DNA from: an uncultured Thermodesulfobacteriota bacterium
GTDB lineage: Bacteria > Desulfobacterota > Anaeroferrophillalia > Anaeroferrophillales > Tharpellaceae
Reading direction: 5' to 3'
Length of the DNA stretch: 64,000 nucleotides
Assembly: GCA_964457755.1 (NCBI GenBank)
Contig: CAYWGC010000001.1
Coordinates: forward strand, 64,332 to 128,331
Part shown: positions 9,721 to 19,782 of the stretch, piece after piece
How the letters are laid out: the number at the start of each line of letters is the position of its first letter
How positions within the stretch are numbered: position 1 is the first letter of the stretch
The notes under the pieces: generated by a model
Databases searched by the model: none
Told to the model about the DNA's origin: nothing
Seen by the model: the letters and a program-made list of their open reading frames with translations, nothing else
Position numbers and translations under genes: made by a program

Positions 9721-10371
9721 ATGGATCATTCTAAATATCTACAAGAAACACCCTTTATTGACATCAGCAGCCAAACCCTGCGCGAGCAAACCCAAAAACT
9801 GGTGACGGAGATAATCGACCCCCGAGAACAGATCAAAGCTATCTTCTTCTTCGTCCGGGATGAAATCAAGTACAATCCCTACACCTCTTTTTTCCACCCC
9901 GAAGATTATACCGCCAGCAAAGTCCTGAAAAGAGGCGAAGGTTTCTGCATTCCGAAAGCTTCTCTCTTTACCGCCATGATGCGGATCCTCAAAATCCCCG
10001 CCAAACTCTACTTTGCCGACATCAAAAACTACAAAGCCCCGAAGAAACTAACTGATATCATGGGTAATCTTTTTATTTTTCACTGCTATTGCGGCGTTTG
10101 GATCGACGATCGCTGGATTAAACTGGCCCCCACCTTCAACCGCGATATGTTTACAAAAATCGGGGTTGAAGCCAATGACTTTGATGGTTTTCATGATGCC
10201 ATCCTGCCGGCAACCAACCTTAACGGAGAAGTTTTCGTTGAATACGTCAAGGATCGGGGTGAAAATCATGACATTCCCTATAAAGAGATAATCGCTGCCT
10301 TCAGCCATAGCTACGACAAAGAAGTAATCAAAAAATTGGGTCTAAGCACCTTTCAGGATTGCCGCCCATAG
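9721..10371 (+). CDS. Transglutaminase-like superfamily protein (putative cysteine protease)
   Basis: GEGFCIPKASLFTAMMRILKIPAKLYF matches the transglutaminase-like core motif GxCxxxAxLFxAxxRxxGIPAR, which carries the catalytic Cys. Confidence 0.6.
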   Translation: MDHSKYLQETPFIDISSQTLREQTQKLVTEIIDPREQIKAIFFFVRDEIKYNPYTSFFHPEDYTASKVLKRGEGFCIPKASLFTAMMRILKIPAKLYFADIKNYKAPKKLTDIMGNLFIFHCYCGVWIDDRWIKLAPTFNRDMFTKIGVEANDFDGFHDAILPATNLNGEVFVEYVKDRGENHDIPYKEIIAAFSHSYDKEVIKKLGLSTFQDCRP

Positions 10372-10889
10372 AGGCATCCACCACCCGACTTCTTATATTA
10401 GGTTCCATGCCGGGGCAAGAGTCTTTGCGCCGGCAGCAATACTACGCCCATCCTCGTAATGCTTTCTGGTTCATCATGAACTCCCTCATCGACCTGAAAG
10501 AGGGTACGAGCTACATAGAGCGCCTGGATTTTCTGAAAAAAAACCAGATTTCACTCTGGGATGTTATCAGAAACTGCATCCGGCCCAGCAGCCTTGACAG
10601 TGATATTGTCAATTTAAGCGAAGTGCCAAACAAGCTTGATGAGTTTTGCCGGCGTCACCCCGAACTTGAGGCCATCGCTTTTAACGGGCGCAAAGCCCGG
10701 AACTCATTTACCCGCCACTTCCTGCGACCCAATAAAACCCGCTGGCAAAACCTTAAATTAATCGACCTTCCCTCAACCAGCCCGGCCCACGCCGCCCTAC
10801 GGCCGCCAGCAAAACTTAAACTCTGGCAAAAGAGCCTGATTCCCTTTCTGACTCCCTCACCTAAAACCAAACACCTCAGCAATTTGTAA
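10359..10889 (+). CDS. DNA-deoxyinosine (hypoxanthine) glycosylase, UDG family 6
   Basis: LLILGSMPGQESLRRQQYYAHPRNAFW is the signature N-terminal motif of the hypoxanthine-DNA glycosylase family. The annotated start overlaps the upstream gene by 13 nt. Confidence 0.7.
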   Translation: MPPIEASTTRLLILGSMPGQESLRRQQYYAHPRNAFWFIMNSLIDLKEGTSYIERLDFLKKNQISLWDVIRNCIRPSSLDSDIVNLSEVPNKLDEFCRRHPELEAIAFNGRKARNSFTRHFLRPNKTRWQNLKLIDLPSTSPAHAALRPPAKLKLWQKSLIPFLTPSPKTKHLSNL

Positions 10890-10910
10890 TTTTATCTGGT
10901 TTCCGCTATA

Positions 10911-12380
10911 TTGCTTTTCATGAAAGAACGAGAGATAGTCAGGCACAACCCTGCGACAAGATCCTGCCCGCATTTAAGGCTCACAGCCATCCTGTTCCTG
11001 ATTCTGCCTCTATGGCTTTCGGGCTGCGACTTTCCCAATCTGAACGCCCTGCTCAAACCGCTGACCCTTAAATCGGGCACCCTGAGCGTTATAACCCGCA
11101 ACATCCCCACGGCTTACTATCATGGCCCGGAAGGAGAGATGGGTTTTGAGTTTGAAATGGCTCAAGCTTTTGCCCAAGATCTCGGCCTTAAACTTGAAAT
11201 CAAGGTGGTCGATTCGATCAGCGACATCCTCTCAGCTATGGCAGAAAGCCGGGCCGATATCGCCGCTGGCGGCCTAACCAGAACCCCGGAGAGAGAAAGA
11301 CTTTTCATCTTCGGCCCTGACTATCTCACAGTTCAACAAAAACTGGTCTACCGTAAAAATAGCCCCCGGCCACGTGACCTAGAGGATTTGAAAAATTTTG
11401 ACCTAGTCGTCCTCGCCCGTAGCAGCTACGAAGAGCGTCTGCACGAATTGCGAAACCAATTTCCAGAACTTAAATGGCGGGCAACCGATACTTTCAGCAC
11501 TGACCAGCTCCTCGAACAAGTCTGGCTTAAAAAACTGTCCTGCACTATCGCTGACTCTAATATTCTCGCGGTCAACCGCCGCTACTACCCGGAATTAAAG
11601 GTCGCCTTTTCGATCAGCGAAGAACAACCACTGGCTTGGCTCCTCAACTCAAAACACAAAAAACTGCAGCAAAAACTGCAAAATTGGTTTAAAAAATTTC
11701 AAAAAAGTGGACGTTTTGAGGCTCTCAAAGAGCGTTACTACGGACATGCCGAGATCTTTGATTATGTCGACATCAAAATCTTTTTGCGCCGCATCAAAAC
11801 CCTGTTACCCACATATCGGCCTCTCTTTGAAAAATATGGCAAGAAGTTCGATATCCCTTGGACGCTGCTTGCGGCCAAAGCCTACCAGGAGTCCCATTGG
11901 AACCCCTTGGCAACCAGCCCCACCGGAGTTCGCGGTATCATGATGCTGACTCAAACTACAGCCGACCACTTGGGAGTTAAAGACCGCCTCGCAGTTAACG
12001 AAAGCATCGAAGGCGGGGCCCGCTATTTTCGCCAGCTACTGGACCGGGTTCCCGACTCCTACCCGGAAAAAGACCGGCAAAATGTCGCCATGGCCGCCTA
12101 TAATGTCGGCATGGGGCATATCTATGATGCCCGCCATCTGGCTCGAACCTTGAACAAAAACGCAAACCACTGGACCACCATTAAAGAGGTTTTACCGCTC
12201 TTAAGTCAAAGGAAGTACTATAAAAAGTTAAGGCGCGGCTACGCCCGGGGACAGGAACCCGTAAACTATGTCGAGAGGATCAATAATTACCGGGATATTC
12301 TAGAAAAAAAAATGGGACTTTTGGAGAGCGATCATTTTTCCTATGACCCTTTGCTTATCAGCCATACAGGGGAGTTGTAA
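10911..12380 (+). CDS. mltF: Membrane-bound lytic murein transglycosylase F (periplasmic substrate-binding-like domain plus SLT domain)
   Basis: Lipoprotein signal (LWLSGC). N-terminal type-3 solute-binding-protein-like domain. C-terminal SLT motif AKAYQESHWNPLATSPTGVRGIMMLTQTTA. Confidence 0.8.
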   Translation: MLFMKEREIVRHNPATRSCPHLRLTAILFLILPLWLSGCDFPNLNALLKPLTLKSGTLSVITRNIPTAYYHGPEGEMGFEFEMAQAFAQDLGLKLEIKVVDSISDILSAMAESRADIAAGGLTRTPERERLFIFGPDYLTVQQKLVYRKNSPRPRDLEDLKNFDLVVLARSSYEERLHELRNQFPELKWRATDTFSTDQLLEQVWLKKLSCTIADSNILAVNRRYYPELKVAFSISEEQPLAWLLNSKHKKLQQKLQNWFKKFQKSGRFEALKERYYGHAEIFDYVDIKIFLRRIKTLLPTYRPLFEKYGKKFDIPWTLLAAKAYQESHWNPLATSPTGVRGIMMLTQTTADHLGVKDRLAVNESIEGGARYFRQLLDRVPDSYPEKDRQNVAMAAYNVGMGHIYDARHLARTLNKNANHWTTIKEVLPLLSQRKYYKKLRRGYARGQEPVNYVERINNYRDILEKKMGLLESDHFSYDPLLISHTGEL

Positions 12381-12390
12381 ATGAATCAAC

Positions 12391-13254
12391 TTATGAGCCA
12401 TTATCGACACTCATCATCATATAACGATCCTGGCTGACATCGAGATGGATCAGGCGACCACGCTCATGCGTAAGAAAGCGATTCAAAATATATAGCGGTA
12501 AAGTTTCATAGTAGGCGCAGAAGGACTCATAAAGGTAGCGTTTACAGACATTATTAACGGCCATAATTTCTGCCACTTGAACAGCAGAAAAACGACTTGA
12601 AAAGGCCAGCCGGGTTCCGGCCTCAGCCGACAACAACAATTGCTTTAGTTGTGCTTCATTCAGGGCTTTGGGCTCTATCGCAAAGGTTCCGAGAGCGCCT
12701 TCGGCTGCGGCCTTTAACAACTGCCAGTTACTTCCCTCACCTAGTCTTGTCACTTCATCAACCCCCAAAAGTTTTTTAGCAAGTTCTGGTTTTGCAATCC
12801 ACTCATCAACACCGCCAACAAGTATCGCTCTCTCTTTGCCTGAAGTGATATCAATTAAGGCTAAAAGCAACGCCATCTGAACTGGGAAATGGTGGTGTTG
12901 CAAAAACAGGTTTTTACCATTGAGCCCAAGATGACTGGCCACGTAAAAACCGGCCGTATTGCTTGAGAGATTGACAAAATCGACCGGTTTCGACATCATT
13001 TTATCAAAATAACGCTGGCGCCTGACCCGGTCGAAAACCATTATATCACCCTGGCCCGAAGTCATATAGATCGCAGTCTCGGAAGAGATCTCGGACTCGG
13101 CTACAGCTTTATGGGCGCCAATGATTGCGAGCTCGACAAAATGGTCAAGGCGACGATAAACTTTACCACTTAAAATTTTAAGTTCGCTCTTAAGATCAGG
13201 TAATTGCTGGTCAGGAATAGTATTATGGAGACCGACTGCGTGGATATAGATCAT
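12391..13254 (-). CDS. Ketosynthase-like chain-length-factor (CLF) type protein lacking the active-site Cys
   Basis: 287 aa with thiolase-fold KS-like sequence. The position of the KS catalytic Cys reads SSNTAGF (no Cys). Overlaps the upstream KS gene by 4 nt (translational coupling), as in KS/CLF heterodimer pairs. Confidence 0.55.
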   Translation of the reverse strand: MIYIHAVGLHNTIPDQQLPDLKSELKILSGKVYRRLDHFVELAIIGAHKAVAESEISSETAIYMTSGQGDIMVFDRVRRQRYFDKMMSKPVDFVNLSSNTAGFYVASHLGLNGKNLFLQHHHFPVQMALLLALIDITSGKERAILVGGVDEWIAKPELAKKLLGVDEVTRLGEGSNWQLLKAAAEGALGTFAIEPKALNEAQLKQLLLSAEAGTRLAFSSRFSAVQVAEIMAVNNVCKRYLYESFCAYYETLPLYILNRFLTHERGRLIHLDVSQDRYMMMSVDNGS

Positions 13255-14393
13255 GACGCCATTTTCTCGATCACAAATGAAGTATTATTGCCACCGAAAC
13301 CGAAATAGTTAAGCATGAAATGGCCTGAAGTCAGAAACAGAGATTGAGTAACCGGCGAACTGGAAAATTCACAATCAAGAGTTTCGCAGTTGATTGATGC
13401 CGGGATAAAACCGGCATCAACACTCTCCATCAGCAGCAAAAGCTCGGCCACCCCGCAACCACCAAGCGTGTGGCCGATGTAAGGTTTCAAAGAAAGATAT
13501 GGTGGCAACGCGGCAAAAACCTGCTCCATACCGCGCATCTCAGCTTGATCGTTGAGATCGCTGGCGGTTCCGTGAGTTTTGATCGCAGTAATCGTTTCCG
13601 GCCCAATCACGGCATCAGCCAGAGCTGCCTGGATCACCTGAGCAATCCCGGCACCACTGGGATGGGCTCCGATCACGCTGAAGGTTTCGCAACTACTCCT
13701 ACCACCAAGATAGCACCATGCCGACGGCATAATATCATCCCGGCTGAGCAAAACGGCACTGACGGCCTCACCTAAGACAATACCGTTGCGATTTTGCGCG
13801 AAGGGGCGAATGGCTTCAGGGGAGAGCAGCTGCATCATCGCAAACCCTTCAAGAGTCGTCGGCGAATAGAGCTCTAGTCCCAGAACCAGGGCAAAATCGA
13901 TAATTTCACCTTCCAGCATTGAAACTGCGGCCAGCAAAGCGTTGGCGCTGGAGGTACAGGCCGTATTAAAGGTTAACGAAGGGCCGCTAAAAGCAAAGCG
14001 TTGACTCAAACTCTCAAGATAGTTACCACCCCCGACCCGTTTACGATCACACCTTAAGACAAAATCTTCAGCAACGCTCTCTTCAATTGGCCACGCCAAA
14101 GAGTAATCAATCGAGGAAGAACCGAGAAAAACTCCAACATTGTCAAGATCAGAAGCTTGCAATTTGAGCTTTCGCAACAAGCTGTTGACCACCCGGTCAA
14201 GATAATTATCGACAATCGCAGGGTCACTGAGGCGAGAGGTCTCATCAATACGGTAATAAGGATAAGTCACCTCAACCTGGCCGACATCAACCGTAACCGT
14301 CCCGATATTCGGTTTACCTCGGCGCAGGGCGGCAAGCCTTTCAGGGCCATCCCCCAGAGCGCAGAGCAATTCACCACCGACAATTGTAATCAT
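13251..14393 (-). CDS. Beta-ketoacyl-ACP synthase (KAS I/II-like)
   Basis: 380 aa. Cys-His-His triad motifs NTACTSSANAL, KTHGTASDLND, IGHTLGGCG. Confidence 0.8.
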   Translation of the reverse strand: MITIVGGELLCALGDGPERLAALRRGKPNIGTVTVDVGQVEVTYPYYRIDETSRLSDPAIVDNYLDRVVNSLLRKLKLQASDLDNVGVFLGSSSIDYSLAWPIEESVAEDFVLRCDRKRVGGGNYLESLSQRFAFSGPSLTFNTACTSSANALLAAVSMLEGEIIDFALVLGLELYSPTTLEGFAMMQLLSPEAIRPFAQNRNGIVLGEAVSAVLLSRDDIMPSAWCYLGGRSSCETFSVIGAHPSGAGIAQVIQAALADAVIGPETITAIKTHGTASDLNDQAEMRGMEQVFAALPPYLSLKPYIGHTLGGCGVAELLLLMESVDAGFIPASINCETLDCEFSSSPVTQSLFLTSGHFMLNYFGFGGNNTSFVIEKMAS

Positions 14394-14423
14394 TCAGCCT
14401 CAACTTCATGGATTTCTATAAAT

Positions 14424-14621
14424 GACTAAATTTACAAGTTTAATTACATCACTTCAGGATATAACTTTATTTTGCCTTTCTCTGCGTCTTTGCGTCTCTG
14501 CGGGAAAATGCTTTTTATCTCCCGCAAAGACGCAGAGGCGCAGAGAAAAACCGCAATGAAAACAAAGATCAATTTTTTTAGGATTACATATCAGAGATTA
14601 AGGTTAATTCAGAAAATTGAG
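14424..14621. repeat. About 200-bp structured intergenic repeat element, family B copy 2 (fills the ACP-KS intergenic gap)
   Basis: Collinear with 9393-9607. Carries the same roughly 26-bp hairpin, but only one or two copies of the gacgcaga unit. Confidence 0.7.
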
Positions 14622-14629
14622 ATTCAACC

Positions 14630-14899
14630 CTACTCCGGCTGGATGAAATCGGCCAGTTCATTGATCGTCGTTACATGGCGGCGAAAAGCCTTACTATCCG
14701 GTAAACGAATCCCAAACTGGCTCTGCAGTCCCATAAGAATCTGCAAAGCATCGAGTGAGTCGAGCTCAAGACCACTCGCATCAGAGAAGATCTGGACATC
14801 ATCAGCCACATCTTCAGGCCTAACCTCATCTTTCTCACACTCTTCAATAATCATCTCTTTCAAGCGCAGTTTCAGCGCCGCATCTTGAGACCCCTTCAT
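14630..14899 (-). CDS. Acyl carrier protein
   Basis: 89 aa. LELDSLDALQIL phosphopantetheine-attachment motif (DSL). Confidence 0.8.
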   Translation of the reverse strand: MKGSQDAALKLRLKEMIIEECEKDEVRPEDVADDVQIFSDASGLELDSLDALQILMGLQSQFGIRLPDSKAFRRHVTTINELADFIQPE

Positions 14900-16092
14900 A
14901 ACCCTCTATTCTGTTTATAGTTAAACACCATCCCGGCAATCAGCAGCAGCGCCACCCCAAAACCAGCTAATTTAAGCGAGTCGGCAAGCACCGCTTCCGG
15001 GCCCAAGCCACGCAGGAATATATCTAAAAAACCCTCGAGTCCCCAAGACATCGGAGAGAGATTGGCAAACTCCTGCATCGAGTGCGGCATATAGAATTTC
15101 GGCACCATAATGCCGCCAATGGCCCCCATCAGGATATTAATAATACCACCGACCGTGGTCGCCTGCTCCACGGTTACCGCCGTCACCGCGATTAAGATTG
15201 AAGTCCCCACCGCCGCCAGACTGAGTCCCAATGAGACCATGAGCAAGCCGACAAGCGAATCTCCTAGGGTCAAGGCATCAGCCCCGCAAAGCGGGACAAC
15301 AAAGATGCCGACCGCAATCATCAACCAGACCTGAATCTGGTTAATGACAATGTAGGGTGCTATTTTACCAGCGAAGAGAGCCGGTACCGAGATATTCATC
15401 GCACTCATACGCATCAAGGTATGCTGGCGGCGTTCATTGACAAAGATTGTCGACATCGGGATGATGATAAAAAACATCCCGAAAACTATCCACGACGGCA
15501 CACTTTGCTGGGTCGAGGTTGGTTTTTCGTCAGGTTGCCGGGTATTAAAGCGAACTTTAACGATACCCTCTCCATTAAAATCCAACACTTCAAGTTTTTG
15601 GGCCACCTCAGGTAAAAAGGGGGCGAGTTCGGTTTTCATCTTTGCGAACCGCAGCCGCATCACTCCGGTCACAACTTCCGTCTCAAATAGAGTCAGCATC
15701 TCCGGTCTGACATCGGCAGCGGCCGAAAGCAAGAGCAGGCTCCCGACAGGCTCATCTTGCGCATAGCTTTGGGCAAAACCTTTGGGAATCGTCAGAACAA
15801 ATTGCAGCTCTCCTGGAAAAACCCTCTTGTAACCGGCATCATCTGCAATTACCGCCGGTTGCTCTTGCAGCACTCTCTGGGCAACTAAAAATGTCCTTAA
15901 TTTGGCACTCTGAACACTCTGATCAAGGTCAACCACGGCATATTTCAGCAAGGCCCGTTCACTGTTAAACGTATCTTTAAGCGCCAACGACATAATCAAA
16001 ATAAAGATCGCAGGCATAATAAAGAGTGCGGCCAATGCATGTTTGTCACGAAAAACCAGCCGAAACTCTTTGCTCAACATTACCTTAAACAT
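14896..16092 (-). CDS. ABC-2 type transporter permease
   Basis: 398 aa. One N-terminal TM helix, a large periplasmic loop and five C-terminal TM helices, typical of ABC-2 exporter permeases. Overlaps the ATPase gene by 8 nt. Confidence 0.75.
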   Translation of the reverse strand: MFKVMLSKEFRLVFRDKHALAALFIMPAIFILIMSLALKDTFNSERALLKYAVVDLDQSVQSAKLRTFLVAQRVLQEQPAVIADDAGYKRVFPGELQFVLTIPKGFAQSYAQDEPVGSLLLLSAAADVRPEMLTLFETEVVTGVMRLRFAKMKTELAPFLPEVAQKLEVLDFNGEGIVKVRFNTRQPDEKPTSTQQSVPSWIVFGMFFIIIPMSTIFVNERRQHTLMRMSAMNISVPALFAGKIAPYIVINQIQVWLMIAVGIFVVPLCGADALTLGDSLVGLLMVSLGLSLAAVGTSILIAVTAVTVEQATTVGGIINILMGAIGGIMVPKFYMPHSMQEFANLSPMSWGLEGFLDIFLRGLGPEAVLADSLKLAGFGVALLLIAGMVFNYKQNRGL

Positions 16093-17008
16093 CGCTTACC
16101 CCGGATGAGGTCAAACGAATAAAAAGGGTTTCAAGATTTGTCGTGCCGTAACGAATCTGCTTGATGGCGATCTTTTCAGCTTCCAAGACGGTGAGCAAAG
16201 CCCCCATTTTGCTACTGTTATGACGATCTATCATCAATGTTGTAGCATCGACAAATTTCACATCTGCATATTTTTGAGTAAGCTCTCGGAGCTGAGCTTC
16301 ATTTGCATGCAGAAGTTCAATAACAACCGAATCGGCTCTTTCCTCTTGCAACAGGGTTTCAAGCAAGCCCTGACGAATGATGCGACCCTGATCAATGATA
16401 GCGACCTCATCACAAATCTTCTCAATCTCAGGCATATAATGGGAGGTATAGATGACTGTTTTGGCATCGTTTTTAAAAGCGCGGATGGTCTCTAAGATCT
16501 CGTTGCGACCGTCGGGGTCGATGCCGACGGTGGGTTCGTCAAAATAGAGAAGTTCAGGGTTATTAAGCAGCCCGATAGCGATATTGAGGCGGCGCTTCTG
16601 CCCGCCGGAGAGGATACCCGCTTTTTGCTTGAGCAGCGCCTGAAGCCGGTTGACAGAGATCGCATAATCAAGATTGTGCCGCAGCGTTCTGCCGGTAATT
16701 TTTTGAATCCCGGCAAAAAAACGCAAGTTTTCGATGACACTCAAATTTTCATAGAGCGCCAGAGTTTGAGGAATAAAAGCCGTGCGTCTGCGGATCTCGG
16801 CAAGCTCTTTAGACAACGACAATCCAAAAACTTCGATCTCGCCCGCTTGAAAACCGGTCAATCCATTAAGAATCGAGACCAGCGTCGTTTTCCCAGCCCC
16901 ATTGGGCCCCAGCAGGCCAAAGATGACACCTGTGCCAACCCTTAGATCGAGATGATCCAGAGCGAGAAGATCGTCGTAACGCTTGACGAGATTTTTGATT
17001 ACGATCAT
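16085..17008 (-). CDS. ABC transporter ATP-binding protein
   Basis: Walker A GPNGAGKTT, signature LSGGQKRRL, Walker B LLYFDEPT. Confidence 0.9.
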   Translation of the reverse strand: MIVIKNLVKRYDDLLALDHLDLRVGTGVIFGLLGPNGAGKTTLVSILNGLTGFQAGEIEVFGLSLSKELAEIRRRTAFIPQTLALYENLSVIENLRFFAGIQKITGRTLRHNLDYAISVNRLQALLKQKAGILSGGQKRRLNIAIGLLNNPELLYFDEPTVGIDPDGRNEILETIRAFKNDAKTVIYTSHYMPEIEKICDEVAIIDQGRIIRQGLLETLLQEERADSVVIELLHANEAQLRELTQKYADVKFVDATTLMIDRHNSSKMGALLTVLEAEKIAIKQIRYGTTNLETLFIRLTSSGVSDV

Positions 17009-17050
17009 GAAAGGGTCACTTTAATCAAGTTAAGACATTCGAGAACGCTA

Positions 17051-17133
17051 AGCTGCTTTGCTTCGCCGTGAGCACAGCGAGGAAGTGCCCTTGGGGTGCG
17101 CCCTCATAAACGGGGCCAAAGCTGGACAAATGG
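17051..17133. repeat. Dispersed intergenic repeat, family A copy 2 (longer variant), located between the BtrH-like and ABC ATPase genes
   Basis: agctgctttgcttcgccgtgagc...ccctcataaacggggccaaagctggacaaatgg. Shares the ttgcttcgccgtgagc module with 62162-62202 and the tcataaa.gggg.caaagct.gacaaa module with 2244-2289. Confidence 0.45.
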
Positions 17134-17222
17134 CAAGTCAAGATTTTGACTCACGCGATTATCCCGGTTGCCCTCTGTCCAGCAATGACCCCACCCGAGA
17201 CAGATCGGATATTTTAACACCT

Positions 17223-18254
17223 TCAAAGGAGTTTTTTGTAAACTTCAGCTTCGGCATTGGCAACGCTTTCGAGTTTAGTTTGCAAAGCTATAAAATCAAT
17301 TTTCTGGCTCTTTTTGCTGCGGATCGCTTTGGCTATCATCAGGGCAAATTCGCGCCACTGATCGCCGACAAGAGTCATTATCTGCGACGCCTCTTTAAGC
17401 TTATCACTCTCGATTATAGTACCCGCCTCCTGCAGAAATGAGGCATAGATAAAACGAAAACCCGCACCTCCCGTACCAATCTCTTCCTGCATCCTGACAA
17501 TATGACCCAAAAAGAGCTTCGCATAACGAAGCTCTTTTTTCTCCAGTTTGCCGATGGATTTCGCTAAAGCCCGGATCCCGCGTATGCCAGCAATCGGTAC
17601 CGGCGTTTTCAACATCGCCTTAGCAGTTTTCTTGACAACTTTCGAAATAATAATTTCATAATCGATGGTTTCAGGGACTTTCACCGGATAGTAGAGCAAA
17701 CCTTTCGGTGCCATCACCCCTTTGACAAAACGCGCCTTCTCCAACGCTTTAACCTGACAGCGCACCGGGGCCTCGAAAACCGGGTCGCTGATCAGATATT
17801 CAGCTCCCTCTTTACCGTAAACAATCAGGTTGTGAGCATTAAAATGAAAACGCATCTCCTCGGGGAAATAGGGGAGCCAAAAAACCGAACTCTGGACACC
17901 AATAATTTCACCTTGATCTAACAGATCATCCAGAGCTTTTGTCCCTTGTTGAGAATCGGCAAAGGTCTGCATCTTCATCTTGACCCCAAGATTTTTCTGC
18001 AACCCTTTAATAATCGCTTTCGGCATACTGCGATAGGCAATCAGCGGCATCCCGCCAAGTTTGACAAACGGGATATAGGCAAACATCAAGGCACCGGAGA
18101 GACCGAAGACCATCGCTTCGGATAGTGGCAAACCATGATGACGCATCATTGACGACATAACCCCACTCTCACAATGAGCTGAATGGGTATGTTCAAAAGT
18201 CTGGCTAGGCACCGCTCCCCCCTCGTTGCGGTAAGCGACAAAGTTCTTCCACAC
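17223..18254 (-). CDS. Hypothetical protein, possibly BtrH-N-like (papain-fold) acyl/aminoacyl-carrier-protein transferase
   Basis: 343 aa. N-terminal HCESGVMSSMMRHHGLPLSEAMVFGLSG resembles the Cys-containing core of BtrH_N/DUF4872-type proteins. The assignment is by motif recollection only. The start may be at a downstream Met, since the ORF overlaps the next gene by 50 nt. Confidence 0.3.
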   Translation of the reverse strand: MWKNFVAYRNEGGAVPSQTFEHTHSAHCESGVMSSMMRHHGLPLSEAMVFGLSGALMFAYIPFVKLGGMPLIAYRSMPKAIIKGLQKNLGVKMKMQTFADSQQGTKALDDLLDQGEIIGVQSSVFWLPYFPEEMRFHFNAHNLIVYGKEGAEYLISDPVFEAPVRCQVKALEKARFVKGVMAPKGLLYYPVKVPETIDYEIIISKVVKKTAKAMLKTPVPIAGIRGIRALAKSIGKLEKKELRYAKLFLGHIVRMQEEIGTGGAGFRFIYASFLQEAGTIIESDKLKEASQIMTLVGDQWREFALMIAKAIRSKKSQKIDFIALQTKLESVANAEAEVYKKLL

Positions 18255-18621
18255 TTAACCCCAGGGTCTCGGCATAACCCTCAATCAACTCTTGAGAAAG
18301 CTTGGCGAAAACCGACGGCTTGAGATGACGTTTAAGGCGCCACTTGAAAATTCCACTCGCCTGGGCCAGGGTCGACAGATCCATTCTTTGATTGTACATA
18401 TGAAAATACAATGGCGCGAATTTGCCGACAACCACAGACTCATAGGCTTCTTCCGCCAGACGCTCAAGTTCTTGAAGCGCCTGGGTTGTAACCTCGGCTT
18501 CTACTTGCCAACCGGACGATGCGACAATCGCATATTCACCCGTCACGCTGGTCGCGTAGATCGCTTTTTTATGGTTGGCGAGAGTCGAGACATTATCCTG
18601 AGGAACCGCTGCGCTCTCCAC
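18205..18621 (-). CDS. Hypothetical protein (138 aa) within the DAR-type cluster
   Basis: ORF immediately downstream of the darB-like gene (stop and start adjacent). No recognisable motif. Confidence 0.4.
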   Translation of the reverse strand: MESAAVPQDNVSTLANHKKAIYATSVTGEYAIVASSGWQVEAEVTTQALQELERLAEEAYESVVVGKFAPLYFHMYNQRMDLSTLAQASGIFKWRLKRHLKPSVFAKLSQELIEGYAETLGLSVEELCRLPQRGGSGA

Positions 18622-19782
18622 TCAGACCACCGTCAGATGCATAAATGCGGTTGAAAAACGGCCGCTTTCGGGAATAAAACAGAGCAGTTTCTCCCCTTTT
18701 TTCAAAGAACCTGAGTTAAAAAGTTCTTCCAGGATAATATAGATTGAGGCCGAACCCGTATTGCCTTTCGAACTTAAATTTGTAAACCACTTTGCTTGGG
18801 GAATATCGCAACCGGCCTCCAGCATCCCTTCGTAAACCTTGTCGCGAAAAAAACCTGACGAGTAATGCGGCAGGAGCCAGTCAACCCTTCCCGCATCAAC
18901 TTTACCTTGCCCCACAAGCTCTAAAAGAGGTTTCGTCACCGTATACTCAACAATCTTCTCATTGAGCAGTTTAACATCCTGTTTGATCGGGAAAATTGAC
19001 TGCTCCAACAGCTCTTGGGGAAGATACTCGCGCCATCCCTTTAAAGAACCATTTTCAAGTTTGTCGGCTCCAGCGTACATACAGGCTTCAAGCTCGTTGG
19101 CATAGGACTTCTGATAGATCCAATCAACCTGCAAGGAGAGCCCTTCGGAATTTGGTCTATCACTCATCCAGACCGCCCCGGCACCATCACTCAACATCCA
19201 ACGCAAAAAATCTTTCTCGAAAGCAATTGCCGGATTTTTCTCGAGCTGAGCGACACGTGAATCGATCTCTTCTGCGAAACTTGAGCCGCGCATCATCGAT
19301 GAGATATTCTCCGAACCGGTAGCCACCGCATTTTTACTCTGCCCCGAAAGAATCGCAAGATAGCCATATTTCAGTGACATGGTTCCGGCCAAACAGATTC
19401 CGGCGGTCGCAACAACTTCACAGGAAGGAATAGCAAGTTCTCCGTGAACCATCAAAGCGTGATTCGGCATTAGCTGGTCCGGCAAAGCCGTACCACAAGC
19501 CAGTAACGCTATTTCATCGATGGCACAGCCCTGCTCGCCAAGTTTACGAATAGCTTGAGCTGCAAGCTCAGCATTAGTATGGGTCGCTGCGCCCGTATCC
19601 GGGTCAACTGCGTAATATCTGGAAGTAATCTGGTTGCTGCGCAAAATCAGTTTACGAACCCGTGAGGGCCGTTCACCCACCTGCCCTAAAACCGACTCCA
19701 TCGCCTCATTTGAAACCGGCTGGTTCGGCAAAAAAGCCGCAACCTTATTGATATAAACCTTTTGTAACATATATTCTCTCAA
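18622..19782 (-). CDS. darB: FabH/KAS III-like condensing enzyme, DarB-like (dialkylresorcinol/cyclohexanedione-forming ketosynthase)
   Basis: 386 aa thiolase-fold KAS III-like protein (…ALLACGTALPDQ…, …SDGAGAVW…). Sits directly downstream of a DarA-like gene. The stop codon of the upstream gene abuts its start (19783/19782). Confidence 0.6.
   Translation of the reverse strand: MREYMLQKVYINKVAAFLPNQPVSNEAMESVLGQVGERPSRVRKLILRSNQITSRYYAVDPDTGAATHTNAELAAQAIRKLGEQGCAIDEIALLACGTALPDQLMPNHALMVHGELAIPSCEVVATAGICLAGTMSLKYGYLAILSGQSKNAVATGSENISSMMRGSSFAEEIDSRVAQLEKNPAIAFEKDFLRWMLSDGAGAVWMSDRPNSEGLSLQVDWIYQKSYANELEACMYAGADKLENGSLKGWREYLPQELLEQSIFPIKQDVKLLNEKIVEYTVTKPLLELVGQGKVDAGRVDWLLPHYSSGFFRDKVYEGMLEAGCDIPQAKWFTNLSSKGNTGSASIYIILEELFNSGSLKKGEKLLCFIPESGRFSTAFMHLTVV

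Noticed and set aside
14472-14888. 138-aa plus-strand ORF spanning the family B repeat and the ACP gene
   Set aside because: It starts within the repeat element and runs antisense through the well-supported ACP gene. Its translation is Ser/Arg-rich with no motifs.
17058-17441. 127-aa plus-strand ORF covering the intergenic repeat between the ABC ATPase and BtrH-like genes
   Set aside because: It begins inside the family A repeat copy and overlaps the 3' end of the minus-strand gene 17223..18254. No SD or motifs. Most likely spurious.
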